Notes: generated by a model not told the origin, from the sequence alone. A stretch of DNA of 64,000 nt from Candidatus Bathyarchaeota archaeon (GCA_963815095.1 CAWFFH010000003.1:640001-704000), one strand, 5' to 3'. Numbered from the stretch's first letter, positions 37,601 to 48,081 are shown. Numbers and translations: made by a program.

Positions 37601-39418
37601 TTGACACTTATGGCGAAAGAGAGCTCTTTAACTCATTCCATGGAAAGTGCAACCAAACATTATTCTTCCATGTTCTTCCTTCCATCCTACCGAACAGCCC
37701 TTATAGGAGTCGCCTCAACCTGCATCATTGCAGTCAACCTCGTCACCTTCCTGCTTTTTCCTGCATGGACCACCTTAGCACTTGGAATTTCCCTCTTTGT
37801 GGTAACCTATGTAACCGACACAATTGTGAGTAAATCACTGTTGAAAAGCGACCCCATCTTTTCAATGAGACGGACGCTTGTCTTGTCTTTGGTGTGCTGG
37901 GTAATCTGGCTGGTTTTCATCGTTTTAGGCGTTGGCTTAAGTTTCGAGTTTGGTTGGATTATCTGGGTCAAACTTACCCTTTTGGGGTTCGCAGCAGTTT
38001 TAACTCTTCGATTCCTCGCTTTTAACGCGACTTCTTCGGCGCCCAAATGGCGACAATTGCTCTCTGTCTTGTTTGGACCTGCTCTATCTATAGTGGTGTT
38101 TGTCGTTTTCTGGATAGGTATTTCGAATACAATAGTCCTGCAAGTGTTGCCCTTTATCACGATATCTCCAATAATCGGTTATGTCGCCGTGTATTTGCTA
38201 CTTTTCTCCATCGATCGTTTAGGCAGAAAAATCTACTCTCTGCCTGCCCTACCTCTGTTTAGAGCCTTTTTACTCAACTGGGTCGCTGATCAAAATGAAC
38301 CCCTCGAAAAGCACCTTGAGGTAATGGGTGTTGACGCAGACATTGAAGTGACTTTGCTAAAGTTTGATGCCTCTAATCCTAAAGCAGCAATTATCGTTCC
38401 ACAAGTTCATCCCGGACCCTTCAAGAATATCGGAAGTAGCCTTCTGCCTTCGCTGATGAAGAAAGGATACGAGTGCGAATTCGCATGCGACGCCTGTGTT
38501 CCCTTAGGTATCTTGGGACATGAACTGGACTTAGCTTCGCAAGCACAGAACAACAAAATAATAGTTCAAACAATAGATTCCGCCAAGTTTAAAGCCCAAG
38601 ACTCGTCGGCGTCCCCTCTTGTCCGAGTCAAAGAAGGCACAGCCACGGCCTCTTGCCAGATTTTCGGTGATACTGCATTCCTCTCTTTTTCGCTGGCCCC
38701 CAACACAACAGAAGATTTACCCCAAGAGTTAGGGCGCATCGTAAGCGAAGAAGCAAAAAAGCTTGGACTAAAAAATGCAATGGTGGTGAACACTCACAAC
38801 TGCTTAACCCCAATTATCGATACGGCTGAACACCTCGAAGAACTGAAGATGGCGGCCTCAAAATGCCTCCAAAAAGTCATTGCGTTACCAACTAAACCCT
38901 TCAGTGTCGGTTCAGCAACGGTTTTTCCAACTGAATTTAACCTTAAAGGTGGCATGGGTGCAGGCGGAATCACCGCTATAGTGGTTGAAGTGGAAAACCA
39001 GAAAACTGCCTACATAGTCATCGACGGCAATAACATGATTCCTGGGTTGCGGGAAACGATTCTTGAATCTTTAGCTGGATTAGGCTTTGATTCAAGCGAG
39101 ATCTTCACAACTGACACTCATTCGGTGACTGCATCGGTTACAGGGCGACGTGGCTATCACCCCGTAGGCGAAGTCATGGAGCACAAACTGTTAATCAACT
39201 ACATCGTTCAGGTAGCGACGAAGGCTGAAGCAAACTTGGAAATATCGCGTGCGGGTTACCTTCATTTTACCGTTCCGCAGGTCAGAGTTATCGGCGAGGA
39301 ACGCTTAAAGTCAGTGACCACCCTAATAGACAAAGCAATCATAAAGGCAAAACATGTGGTGTTTCCAGTCTTTGGAATAGAAGGCTTACTGCTTATTCTG
39401 CTGCTTCTACTTTTTTGA
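37601..39418 (+). CDS. DUF2070 membrane protein
   Basis: N-terminal TMs; VHPGPF..IGSS.LP, HELD, NTHN, IDGNNM, TTDTH motifs. Confidence 0.9.
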   Translation: MTLMAKESSLTHSMESATKHYSSMFFLPSYRTALIGVASTCIIAVNLVTFLLFPAWTTLALGISLFVVTYVTDTIVSKSLLKSDPIFSMRRTLVLSLVCWVIWLVFIVLGVGLSFEFGWIIWVKLTLLGFAAVLTLRFLAFNATSSAPKWRQLLSVLFGPALSIVVFVVFWIGISNTIVLQVLPFITISPIIGYVAVYLLLFSIDRLGRKIYSLPALPLFRAFLLNWVADQNEPLEKHLEVMGVDADIEVTLLKFDASNPKAAIIVPQVHPGPFKNIGSSLLPSLMKKGYECEFACDACVPLGILGHELDLASQAQNNKIIVQTIDSAKFKAQDSSASPLVRVKEGTATASCQIFGDTAFLSFSLAPNTTEDLPQELGRIVSEEAKKLGLKNAMVVNTHNCLTPIIDTAEHLEELKMAASKCLQKVIALPTKPFSVGSATVFPTEFNLKGGMGAGGITAIVVEVENQKTAYIVIDGNNMIPGLRETILESLAGLGFDSSEIFTTDTHSVTASVTGRRGYHPVGEVMEHKLLINYIVQVATKAEANLEISRAGYLHFTVPQVRVIGEERLKSVTTLIDKAIIKAKHVVFPVFGIEGLLLILLLLLF

Positions 39419-39425
39419 TCTTAAA

Positions 39426-39968
39426 CTATTTTTTTATTGGTCTTTTCGGTTTTCTCTTCAGTTCGGTGCCGCAGACGAGGCATTCCTTGAATTTAGAGTC
39501 AGCTGAATACTCTTTGTAGCAAGCTGGGCAGTAACGTACCCACTCCAGAAGTCGTTTAATTCCCAAAGTCGCTAGTGATAGAAATTCGATACCCATTTGG
39601 GTGGCTACGTTTTGGATAGAGTAGTCATCGGTGACAATTTGAGGCGAATACCCTGCATCTTTGAGTTCCACAGCTAAGGCCAAAAGTTGCTTGTCGGTTT
39701 CTGATAACTTGAATGAGTCTCCTACCTTATTGGAGGATACTTTAGCTTTAGCTGCGAATTCTTGAGAAGGCGCTTTAACTTTGAGTTTGCCGCTTTCGAT
39801 AGCCATTTCTAAGCGCATCTTAACCATCGAGTTTCGACGGATTTCTTCCTCAACCTTGGGCACTGTGAACTGTTCGTCGCCTAAGGCGAAAGAATCAAAC
39901 CCTGCGACAAACGCCGACGTATCTAAAACAACCGCGCGCTTACAGGTTTTGTCTGGATGGCTACTCAT
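39426..39968 (-). CDS. nob1: Nob1 rRNA-processing endonuclease
   Basis: VLDTSAF, LSETD, TDDYSIQNVA, CPAC...CLVCG zinc ribbon. Confidence 0.93.
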   Translation of the reverse strand: MSSHPDKTCKRAVVLDTSAFVAGFDSFALGDEQFTVPKVEEEIRRNSMVKMRLEMAIESGKLKVKAPSQEFAAKAKVSSNKVGDSFKLSETDKQLLALAVELKDAGYSPQIVTDDYSIQNVATQMGIEFLSLATLGIKRLLEWVRYCPACYKEYSADSKFKECLVCGTELKRKPKRPIKK

Positions 39969-40813
39969 TCCGTTCCCTTGAAAAGCAACCTGTTACGTAA
40001 CCTATCATAGAAGCCGGTTTCAAACCGGATGAATGAAGTTACGTTCTTTGATTTTGTTATTTTCACTGAAGGCTCATCTTCAGTTAAGAGTTTTCGATAG
40101 TTTCCATCAATTAAAACAAACAAGTTATTTGGCCTAAGAGCATTGAGGGTTATAGCACAGTCGGCAGGAAATACAAGCGAATGGAACACTGTTAGTGAAC
40201 AGATTGGCGTTATAACAAAAGCATTTACTTCGCTGTCCAAAACTGGTCCACCTGCCGAGAGATTGTACCCTGTGGAACCCGTTGGAGTAGCAACTATTAA
40301 TCCGTCAGCCTGACACTTTAAAATCGGCTTATCTTCCTTACGTATTTCTGCATAAAGAATTTTTGACGGTTCACCAGTCGAAATTACCACGTCGTTAAGA
40401 GCGTCAGGCAATGTTTCTTCACCAGCTATCACACATAACTTGGTGCATTTTTCAATTTTATAATCATTATTTAGGATTCGCTCAATAGCTTCAATGGCGT
40501 TCTCAGGTTCTACTTCTGTAAGGAACCCTCTTACACCCATGTTGACAGCTAAAATAGGCGGTTCAGGCTTGGGCACCGTTATGGCTGTTCGAAGTATGGT
40601 TCCATCCCCACCGATAGTGATTATGAAATCAGTTTTCATATCTGAGAGAGGAACAAAATCACGAGGAAGTATTAGCTTGTCGTTGAGGCTATCTTCTATG
40701 TAAACCTTCAAGCCTTTCTCGGTGAGGTAGTCCGCAAGTTTTTCAGCAAGCTTCAAAGCTGCTTTTTGATCGAAGCGTGCAACCAAACCTACGGTTTTGA
40801 ACACTTTTTCCAC
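39965..40813 (-). CDS. nadK: NAD kinase
   Basis: GGDGTIL, GFL, ALND, ADGLIVATPTGSTGYNLSAGGP. Confidence 0.95.
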   Translation of the reverse strand: MEKVFKTVGLVARFDQKAALKLAEKLADYLTEKGLKVYIEDSLNDKLILPRDFVPLSDMKTDFIITIGGDGTILRTAITVPKPEPPILAVNMGVRGFLTEVEPENAIEAIERILNNDYKIEKCTKLCVIAGEETLPDALNDVVISTGEPSKILYAEIRKEDKPILKCQADGLIVATPTGSTGYNLSAGGPVLDSEVNAFVITPICSLTVFHSLVFPADCAITLNALRPNNLFVLIDGNYRKLLTEDEPSVKITKSKNVTSFIRFETGFYDRLRNRLLFKGTE

Positions 40814-40896
40814 CGCTCATTTACTAGCGTAAACCTTAATCTATATATGGGTGTTGTTCAGAATTGCATTGAATAGAACTATACTGTGGTGAGCGC

Positions 40897-41289
40897 ATGA
40901 GTAAACCAGTAGATGTTGGAGAATTACGCGTTGGCGGCTACATGATGATTGAGGGCGAACCATGCCGCATAGTTGACATCGCTAAATCTAAACCTGGAAA
41001 ACACGGATCAGCAAAAGCAAGAATCGTCGCAATCGGAGTCTTTGACGGCCAAAAACGACAATTCGTAAAACCCGTAGATCTCGGAGCAGAAGTTCCAATA
41101 ATTGATAAAAGAGCCGGTCAAGTCTTCGCTATTAATCCTACAGGCGTACAAATAATGGACTTAGAAACCTACGAGTACTTGGATGCACCGTTCCCAGATG
41201 AGCCAGAATTGAAAGCCAAGCTTGTTGCAGGCGCAGAAATTGAGTATTGGGCAATACTTGGTAAAGTAAAGATTGTCCGTGTAAAATAA
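40897..41289 (+). CDS. eif5a: Translation factor aIF5A
   Basis: SKPGKHGSAKAR hypusine motif. Confidence 0.98.
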   Translation: MSKPVDVGELRVGGYMMIEGEPCRIVDIAKSKPGKHGSAKARIVAIGVFDGQKRQFVKPVDLGAEVPIIDKRAGQVFAINPTGVQIMDLETYEYLDAPFPDEPELKAKLVAGAEIEYWAILGKVKIVRVK

Positions 41290-41435
41290 TCAACAACTAT
41301 TTTCTTATCTTTGTTTTCTTTTAAAAATAATGCAATTAACGATCCTGACTTTATTCTACGGATATGCCTATTGTTCTTGTGTTGTTTTAAGATTTTCCGT
41401 TAAAGTTTATGTTCTAGCTTGGAGCTTTTTTGCTG

Positions 41436-41503
41436 TGAAGCCAATGATGCATGAAGAGCCGTCTGAATTGTGAAGAATATTTTAATGGGGAACTGAGGCT
41501 TCA
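41436..41503 (+). ncRNA. Box C/D guide sRNA, double guide, probably targeting the 23S rRNA peptidyl-transferase centre
   Basis: Terminal stem TGAAGCC/GGCTTCA; C ATGATGC 41444, D' CTGA 41463, C' GTGAAGA 41470, D CTGA 41493; guides GAAGAGCCG and TTTAATGGG. Confidence 0.85.
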
Positions 41504-41596
41504 AACTAATCGATCAGAAATTAACCTGTATTGTTAGGTTTTACGCTGTAATCTTTATTTAAAAGAACAATAGAATGTTTAACGCTGGAGACTCTG

Positions 41597-42943
41597 ATGG
41601 CACTAGACAAGTTAGGTTCTTCTCTAACCGACGCCATAAGGAAACTTTTCAAAGCGGGCGCAGTCGACGAAGCCGCAGTGAAGGAACTGGTCCGCGACAT
41701 TCAGCGCGCCCTACTTCAATCAGATGTTAACGTCCAACTAGTCTTGGAAATCTCCAAACGCATTGAAGAACGTGCGTTAAAAGAAAAAGTGCCTCCGGGA
41801 GTTTCAAGACGTGAACACGTCATAAAAGTGGTCTATGAAGAACTAACCAGATTCGTGGGCGACAAACCAGTACCACTCAAAGTTGAGCCAGGCAAAAAGA
41901 AAATCATTATGCTCGTCGGGATCCAAGGCTCAGGGAAAACAACCCATGCCGCTAAACTGGCACGGTACTTCCAGAAAAGAGGCTTGAAGGTAGGTTTGAT
42001 TTGCGCGGATACTTTTCGTCCAGGCGCATATAACCAGCTTCAGCAATTGGCAACCAGAACAAACACTCCCTTTTTTGGTGACCTTAAAGCGAAAGACCCA
42101 GTAAAGGTTGTCAGAGAAGGTCTAAAACAGTTTGCTGACAAAGATTTGATAATCGTTGACACAGCGGGTCGGCATAAGGAAGAGAAAGATTTAATCAAGG
42201 AAATGAAAGACCTTGAAAAGAACATTCATCCTGACGAGGTCATAATGGTTATTGACGGCACAATAGGCCAGCAAGCTCTAGCCCAAGCCAAAACCTTCCA
42301 TGAAGCAACCCCGATCGGTGCAATCATAGTCACCAAACTCGACGGTTCCTCACGTGGAGGCGGCGCACTATCAGCAGTCGCTGCAACGGGAGCACCCATA
42401 AAGTTCATTGGGACAGGCGAAAAAATCGAAGACCTTGAAGCATTCATTCCTTCACGATTCGTAGGTCGACTCTTAGGCATGGGCGACCTAGAAACATTGT
42501 TGGAAAAAGTTAAAGACGCCGAAATCAAGGTACCTCAAAAGAAAGCCAAAGACATCATGAGCGGCAACTTCACCTTAACAGATATGTATGAACAGTTCCA
42601 AGCGGTTAAAAAAATGGGACCCTTCGGTAAAGTGCTAAAGATGATCCCGGGGATGTCTTCCACTGATGTGCCTGATGAGATGCTAAACACTGCTGAAGGT
42701 CGCTTGGAAAAATGGGGTATCATAATTCAATCTATGACTCCTGCCGAAAAAGAAAATCCTAAACTCCTCAACTCCTCACGGGCAAAACGCATAGCCCGCG
42801 GTTCAGGAACAACCGAAAAAGACGTCAAGGAACTCCTCAAGCAGTATGTAATGATGCGAAAAATGCTGAAGATGTTCAAACACAAAAAGAAGCTACCGTT
42901 CGGTTTAGGTGGTAAAGGCATGGGTTTGCCAGGTATGAAGTAG
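41597..42943 (+). CDS. srp54: Signal recognition particle protein SRP54
   Basis: GIQGSGKTT, DTAGRH, TKLDG, RLLGMGD, IIQSMT M domain. Confidence 0.98.
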   Translation: MALDKLGSSLTDAIRKLFKAGAVDEAAVKELVRDIQRALLQSDVNVQLVLEISKRIEERALKEKVPPGVSRREHVIKVVYEELTRFVGDKPVPLKVEPGKKKIIMLVGIQGSGKTTHAAKLARYFQKRGLKVGLICADTFRPGAYNQLQQLATRTNTPFFGDLKAKDPVKVVREGLKQFADKDLIIVDTAGRHKEEKDLIKEMKDLEKNIHPDEVIMVIDGTIGQQALAQAKTFHEATPIGAIIVTKLDGSSRGGGALSAVAATGAPIKFIGTGEKIEDLEAFIPSRFVGRLLGMGDLETLLEKVKDAEIKVPQKKAKDIMSGNFTLTDMYEQFQAVKKMGPFGKVLKMIPGMSSTDVPDEMLNTAEGRLEKWGIIIQSMTPAEKENPKLLNSSRAKRIARGSGTTEKDVKELLKQYVMMRKMLKMFKHKKKLPFGLGGKGMGLPGMK

Positions 42944-42953
42944 GCTAAATTCG

Positions 42954-44291
42954 ATGGATGTTTTAGAAAAAGCTTTTGAACTTCTCAGTAAATACCCGCT
43001 TTGCGACCACTGCTTGGGTAGACAGTTTGCTTTACTTGGTTATAGCATGGAAAACAACCTTCGTGGCAAAGCACTTAAAGTCAGTTTAACCATGCAAGCT
43101 AACGAACTCAACGCAGAAAAAAAACCTGAAGGTATAAAGCGACTTAAGGTTTTGGCGGGTAATGGTTTTTCAAGGGAAGCTCAAGAAACCTTAAAACACC
43201 TAAAGAAACGTCTTCCAAAAGAAGACACCGTTGTCAAATGCAGTCTTTGTGACGGCAAATTTGAGCTCGTTGATAGTTTAACCCAGAAAGCTTTAGAATT
43301 CATTGCAGAGTATGAGTTTACAACATTTCTTGTAGGCATTGAATTACCAACCAAAATTGAGGAGCGAGAAGACGAGTTTAAGGGTGCCGTAAACATTGGC
43401 TATGGCGAAAGCATAAAGCATGAATTCGGTAGATTGCTGGGCAAAGCCTTCGCTAAACAGACTGGCAAAGAAGCAGATTACTTAATCCCTGACATGGTTG
43501 TTGTGTTCAATCCTTTCCTTGAGACTGTTCGGCTTCAAGTTAACCCTCTGTTTGTTGCCGGTAGATACCGCAAGCTGGTCCGCACTATTCCACAGTCGAA
43601 GTGGTTCTGTTCAGACTGCCGCGGCAGGGGCTGCGAGAAATGCGGTGGAACAGGAAAACTTTATCCTGAATCTGTAGAAGAATTGTCTTCTAAACCACTG
43701 CTTGAAGCAACTTTAGGAGAAGAGGCGTTTTTGCATGCCTCAGGGCGAGAGGATATCGATGCACGGATGCTCGGGAGCGGTAGACCCTTTGTGATTGAGG
43801 TCTCAAAGCCCAAGAAACGGTTCGTTGATTTGAAACAGATAGAAACCCTAGTGAACGAAGGCGCAATCGGGAAAGTTGAGGTTTCGGATTTGCATTTCAC
43901 AACAAAAGAAGTCGTTAGACGCCTCAAGAAGGGTGAGGGAGCCCAGAAAGAATATCAATTGTTAGCTGAGTTTGAGAATGAATTATCAGACCAAGATTTA
44001 CGGACCATTGAAGAGAAGTTTTCTGGCATTTGTATTAAACAGCAGACGCCTATTCGTGTTTTGCATCGAAGGGCAGATTTAATCCGAGAAAAGTACATAT
44101 ATCAGGTTAAAGTTAAGAAGGTGTCGCTTAAGAGGGCTCTGCTGGAAATTCGTTGCCAAGGTGGGCTCTACGTTAAAGAATTGGTGTCTGGAGATGAAGG
44201 AAGAACAGTACCGAACGTGTCGGATTTGCTCAACAACAGAGCTAAGACGCTTAAGCTTGATGTTCTGAATGTAATAATGGATGATAATTAA
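42954..44291 (+). CDS. pus10: tRNA pseudouridine(54/55) synthase Pus10
   Basis: LCDHCLGR, GRYRKL, GREDIDARMLG, QQTP.RV.HRR, GGLYVKEL.SGD.GRT. Confidence 0.96.
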   Translation: MDVLEKAFELLSKYPLCDHCLGRQFALLGYSMENNLRGKALKVSLTMQANELNAEKKPEGIKRLKVLAGNGFSREAQETLKHLKKRLPKEDTVVKCSLCDGKFELVDSLTQKALEFIAEYEFTTFLVGIELPTKIEEREDEFKGAVNIGYGESIKHEFGRLLGKAFAKQTGKEADYLIPDMVVVFNPFLETVRLQVNPLFVAGRYRKLVRTIPQSKWFCSDCRGRGCEKCGGTGKLYPESVEELSSKPLLEATLGEEAFLHASGREDIDARMLGSGRPFVIEVSKPKKRFVDLKQIETLVNEGAIGKVEVSDLHFTTKEVVRRLKKGEGAQKEYQLLAEFENELSDQDLRTIEEKFSGICIKQQTPIRVLHRRADLIREKYIYQVKVKKVSLKRALLEIRCQGGLYVKELVSGDEGRTVPNVSDLLNNRAKTLKLDVLNVIMDDN

Positions 44292-44304
44292 AGGTGAAAA
44301 TTGG

Positions 44305-44601
44305 ATGAGAGGCTCAAAAGGTTACTACACTGGAACTCGCAGTCTATTGCGTAAACCAACTCGTGCAAAAGGTAAACCACATATAGGCAAAATCCTTGAA
44401 GATTACACTCCTGGTTCCCAAGTAATCATAAAGATGGATTCTAGCACCCAGAAGAGTATGCCCCACAAACGTTTCCATGGCAAAATTGGTGTCATAGTTG
44501 AAAAAAGAGGTCGAGGATACGTCGTGAGTGTTCCACAGGGCAATGCAATTAAAGAAATCATTACTCGCCCCGAACATCTAGAGCCATACACGGGTAAGTG
44601 A
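44305..44601 (+). CDS. rpl21e: 50S ribosomal protein L21e
   Basis: SKGY..GTR, MPHKRFHGKIG, RPEHL; start re-assigned to ATG 44305. Confidence 0.96.
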   Translation: MRGSKGYYTGTRSLLRKPTRAKGKPHIGKILEDYTPGSQVIIKMDSSTQKSMPHKRFHGKIGVIVEKRGRGYVVSVPQGNAIKEIITRPEHLEPYTGK

Positions 44602-44608
44602 GATAAAC

Positions 44609-44947
44609 ATGAGCAAGAGAGAAGTCAGCGAAAGCCGCTTAACCCTACCGCAAGTTAAGAAGGTTCTGGAAACCATTGGCGAAGAAAACCTTGATCAATT
44701 TCAACGCCGAACACTCGATTACGTGAGCAAATTCTCCAAATGTGATCCAGATAAAGCCGAAGAACTCTTGCAAACGCTTCTCAAAGAATACGAACTTGAC
44801 GAGGCTGAAGCCGTTCAAATTATCAATTGTATGCCAGAAACTGTTGACGAGTTAAGGGTGTTCCTAGCTGGCGGACGCAAAATCATAGAAACCTCGAAAC
44901 TGCATACAATTGTTGAGCTTTTGAACGAGAACCGAACGTTGAAGTAG
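44609..44947 (+). CDS. rpo4: RNA polymerase subunit F (Rpo4)
   Basis: QRRTLDY..KFSK, AVQIINCMPETVDELR; position between L21e and DUF655. Confidence 0.93.
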   Translation: MSKREVSESRLTLPQVKKVLETIGEENLDQFQRRTLDYVSKFSKCDPDKAEELLQTLLKEYELDEAEAVQIINCMPETVDELRVFLAGGRKIIETSKLHTIVELLNENRTLK

Positions 44948-45005
44948 CGGGAAGCGACTAAGTATTTTTAAGCATTAAGCGAGAATAGTCTAGCGGACGG
45001 ACCTA

Positions 45006-45581
45006 GTGACTGTTATGGAAAAGCGTTATGAAGAGCATGCTTACGTGTTAGATTTCCTTCAGCACGGCAAGCCAGGATTTCGCCCAACTGGTCGGGCAGG
45101 TTACCGAGCGGGAGCCTTAATTCAATGTGTCGGCGAAGAATTCTTTACTCTTTTAGAAGCTTTAGTGAAGGAAGAGTTGGTTCTCAAGCCTGGCGACCGT
45201 GTATATGTGGGAAAAGATTCTCGTGAAGAAGTCACCTACATTATTGGCCGAATCGGCTATGAGGAATTAACTGCCTCAGCCAAGGCAGAGCTTCCAAGCG
45301 TTATCAGTAAAATAGTGGCAAACCGAGAAAAATGGTTTGTTAACTTTTTCAACAATGCTCGAGCGATTACTCCTCGAATGCATGCCTTAGAGCTAGTTCC
45401 AGGTATCGGTAAAAAATACATGTGGCAAGTCATCAATGACCGAGAGCGTAAGCCTTTTGAAAGTTTTGAAGATTTGCAGAAACGGACTGAATTGCCGAAC
45501 CCAGTGAAGTTGATTACCAAGCGGGTCATGGAAGAGCTTGAGGGTGACAGCAAGTACCGATTATTTACGCGAGCGCAGTAA
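45006..45581 (+). CDS. DUF655 putative RNA-binding protein
   Basis: AYVLDF, GEEFFTLLE, RMHALEL.PGIGKK, FESFED, KYRLF. Confidence 0.93.
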   Translation: MTVMEKRYEEHAYVLDFLQHGKPGFRPTGRAGYRAGALIQCVGEEFFTLLEALVKEELVLKPGDRVYVGKDSREEVTYIIGRIGYEELTASAKAELPSVISKIVANREKWFVNFFNNARAITPRMHALELVPGIGKKYMWQVINDRERKPFESFEDLQKRTELPNPVKLITKRVMEELEGDSKYRLFTRAQ

Positions 45582-45590
45582 GGCATAGCG

Positions 45591-46409
45591 ATGAATCTTG
45601 AGGAAACGAAGCAGCTGCTTCGAACCCATCAAATTTTCCCGAACAAACTTTTGGGACAGAACTTCATGGTCGAGAAGTCGCTCTATTCTAAGCTTTCCAA
45701 TTATGCAGCGGTTGACAAAGCGGATGTAGTGTTGGATGCTGGCGCAGGCTTCGGTTGGTTAACCTGTTTCTTGGCTGACAAATGCAAAAGTGTTATCGCT
45801 GTTGAGAAAGATCGGCAAGTTGCGATGGTGCTTCGTGAACAAGTTAAAAACTTGGGCAATGTTACGGTGATTGAAGGCGATGTTTTGAAGGTTGAGTTGC
45901 CTGAATTCAACAAAGTAATAGCAATTCCCCCATATTATTTGTCTTCTCATCTGGTAACGTGGCTTCTTACATGCAAGATTGATTGTGAAGTTTTGATTCT
46001 GCAGAAGGAATTCGCTGAACGCCTCGTTTCGCCTGTAGGCAGTGAAATGTATGGTTGGTTAACAGTTGTCACTAATCAGTCTGCTGAAGCGGAACTCTTG
46101 GATAATGTTCCCAAAGACATGTTTTATCCCCAACCCGAAGTGGATTCAGTTATCCTTCGTATAAAACCATTGAGTATCAAACCGTTTGAAATCAAGGATG
46201 CTGCTTTTTTTGTGCGAATGATGAAATGGCTCTTTACTCAACGCAACAAAAAGTTAGGAAAAGCACTTACCCCATTCATCCGAGACAATTTCAAGTTAAG
46301 CAAGAAGGATGCAGAGACATTAGCTCTTGGCCTGCCATTCCACAATAGGCGCGTCAGAGAGTTGTCCCCTAAAGATTTTGGAGCCTTAGCAAATGCCTTG
46401 CCCAACTAA
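45591..46409 (+). CDS. rsmA: 16S rRNA adenine dimethyltransferase KsgA/Dim1
   Basis: LGQNF, DAGAGFG, EKD, QKEFAERL, FYPQPEVDS. Confidence 0.93.
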   Translation: MNLEETKQLLRTHQIFPNKLLGQNFMVEKSLYSKLSNYAAVDKADVVLDAGAGFGWLTCFLADKCKSVIAVEKDRQVAMVLREQVKNLGNVTVIEGDVLKVELPEFNKVIAIPPYYLSSHLVTWLLTCKIDCEVLILQKEFAERLVSPVGSEMYGWLTVVTNQSAEAELLDNVPKDMFYPQPEVDSVILRIKPLSIKPFEIKDAAFFVRMMKWLFTQRNKKLGKALTPFIRDNFKLSKKDAETLALGLPFHNRRVRELSPKDFGALANALPN

Positions 46410-47013
46410 GAGAACACATTTTGGCGACTACGTTTTTGATGTGTTTGAAGATGTGTATGAGCCTGCAGAGGACTCATCTCTTTTCGCCGAAAACATCGAC
46501 GTAACTGAAGGCGAGCTGGTTTTAGACGTTGGCACAGGCTGCGGATTACTTGGCATATTAGCTGCTAAGAAAGCTGGGTGTGTAGTGGCGGTTGACTTAA
46601 ACCCATATGCCATTCGATGCGCAAAGCAGAATTCAGCAATTAACGGAACGCAGGGGAAAATCGATTTTGTTCAAGCAAGCCTTTTTGCAGCTCTAAAAAC
46701 AAACGTAAGATTCGACTTAATTTTATTCAACGCACCCTACTTGCCCTCAGGTGAGGACGAGGTATCGTCTTGGATTGGGCGCGCTTGGGCAGGAGGCGCC
46801 AATGGACGGGAAGTGGTTGACCGATTTATCTCCGAAGTTGCAGCACATTTGAAGCCGAACGGCAGAGTTCTGCTAATGCAATCAACGCTCACAGGTGTAA
46901 AAGAAACTATCCAAAAGTATAGCGAGCACAAACTGACAGCGAAAGTAAAAGCAGAACTTAAGTTGCCCTTCTTTGAAACCTTAACCCTTATAGAAGCCCA
47001 AGCTGACGAGTAG
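46393..47013 (+). CDS. HemK2/Mtq2-family methyltransferase
   Basis: VYEPAEDS, DVGTGCG, FNAPYLP, AGGANGR, FFETL. Confidence 0.92.
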   Translation: MPCPTKRTHFGDYVFDVFEDVYEPAEDSSLFAENIDVTEGELVLDVGTGCGLLGILAAKKAGCVVAVDLNPYAIRCAKQNSAINGTQGKIDFVQASLFAALKTNVRFDLILFNAPYLPSGEDEVSSWIGRAWAGGANGREVVDRFISEVAAHLKPNGRVLLMQSTLTGVKETIQKYSEHKLTAKVKAELKLPFFETLTLIEAQADE

Positions 47014-47061
47014 AAGAAACAATTTAAAGCCAGAAACTAACTCAATAGTAATGGTGAAAGT

Positions 47062-47391
47062 ATGACGATTTGGTTCTATGTGAAAACAAGTGAGGACCCA
47101 AAAGCCGTTGGGGACGTTGTTTGTGCTTTTAACTTCATGCAGGGACAGCATCCTGAGGATAAATATTCTTGGATTATTGAGCCTGGACGTGATGAACCGG
47201 GTTACTGGGAAATCAAGGGCAAATACGCCGCTCTAAAAGATGTCACTATCATTTGTATAGTTTACAGAATTGGCGATACCGTGGCCTTTGCAGAAATTGA
47301 CGATGACTTATCTCCGAACTTCATCGATCCACTGGTAACGAAGTATGGGTTTGATAACGTTAAGTGGTTTGTTCTTCCCTCAAAAAAATAG
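47062..47391 (+). CDS. Hypothetical protein
   Basis: 109-aa ORF with GGTGA RBS; aromatic-rich; no recognised family. Confidence 0.7.
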   Translation: MTIWFYVKTSEDPKAVGDVVCAFNFMQGQHPEDKYSWIIEPGRDEPGYWEIKGKYAALKDVTIICIVYRIGDTVAFAEIDDDLSPNFIDPLVTKYGFDNVKWFVLPSKK

Positions 47392-47586
47392 TCAAAGACT
47401 CTCTTGTTCAGAGAGCATCCTTCTTTTCTCTTCAAAGCCCTAATTTTCGATATGCTAATGGCCGCTGAAAAAAACAATACCGACTTACCCCTCTTAGGTT
47501 TCTGCTTCGAGTTTCTAATAGGCTACTTATATTTTGGATATCGGATTTGAAATAACTCAAAAATTAAGAATATATGATAAGAATGG

Positions 47587-48081
47587 CTACTGTTTGTCGT
47601 ATTTTTCGAATTCATTATTCACTATTGTAAGCTCTATTTCAGCTTGCTTAAACATTTTAAGAGTATCTGCGTCAGCATGATATCGCTTTTCGCAGACGAC
47701 ACGTTTGATTCCAGCATTAATAATCATCATTGCGCAGGTTCGGCAAGGAGTCATCTTGCAAAAGAGGGTCGCACCTTCAAGTGGTATGCCAAACCGAGCA
47801 GCCTGAAGGATCGCGTTCTGTTCCGCATGCAGTGTACGTACGCAATGTTGAGTGACTTCGCCGTTACCGTTTGTGACTTGGCGCATATCATGGCCTGCTT
47901 CGTCGCAGTGAGGCAACCCTGCAGGTGCGCCAACGTATCCTGTGGTCATTATGCGTTTGTCTTTTACGATGACCGCGCCGCATTTTCCCCGGTCACAGGT
48001 TGCTCGTGCAGCCACGGCTTCGCAGAGGTCCAAAAAATATCTATCCCAATTAGGTCTTGAATTGTTAATTGGAGTTACCAT
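47587..48081 (-). CDS. dCMP/cytidine deaminase (ComEB-like)
   Basis: RPNWDRYF, RATC, HAEQNA, PCRTC. Confidence 0.93.
   Translation of the reverse strand: MVTPINNSRPNWDRYFLDLCEAVAARATCDRGKCGAVIVKDKRIMTTGYVGAPAGLPHCDEAGHDMRQVTNGNGEVTQHCVRTLHAEQNAILQAARFGIPLEGATLFCKMTPCRTCAMMIINAGIKRVVCEKRYHADADTLKMFKQAEIELTIVNNEFEKYDKQ

Noticed and set aside
36452-48081. MazG + dCMP deaminase (+ NDT, Nudix) as a nucleotide-depletion defence system
   Set aside because: The genes are scattered among housekeeping loci, not clustered; housekeeping nucleotide metabolism is sufficient
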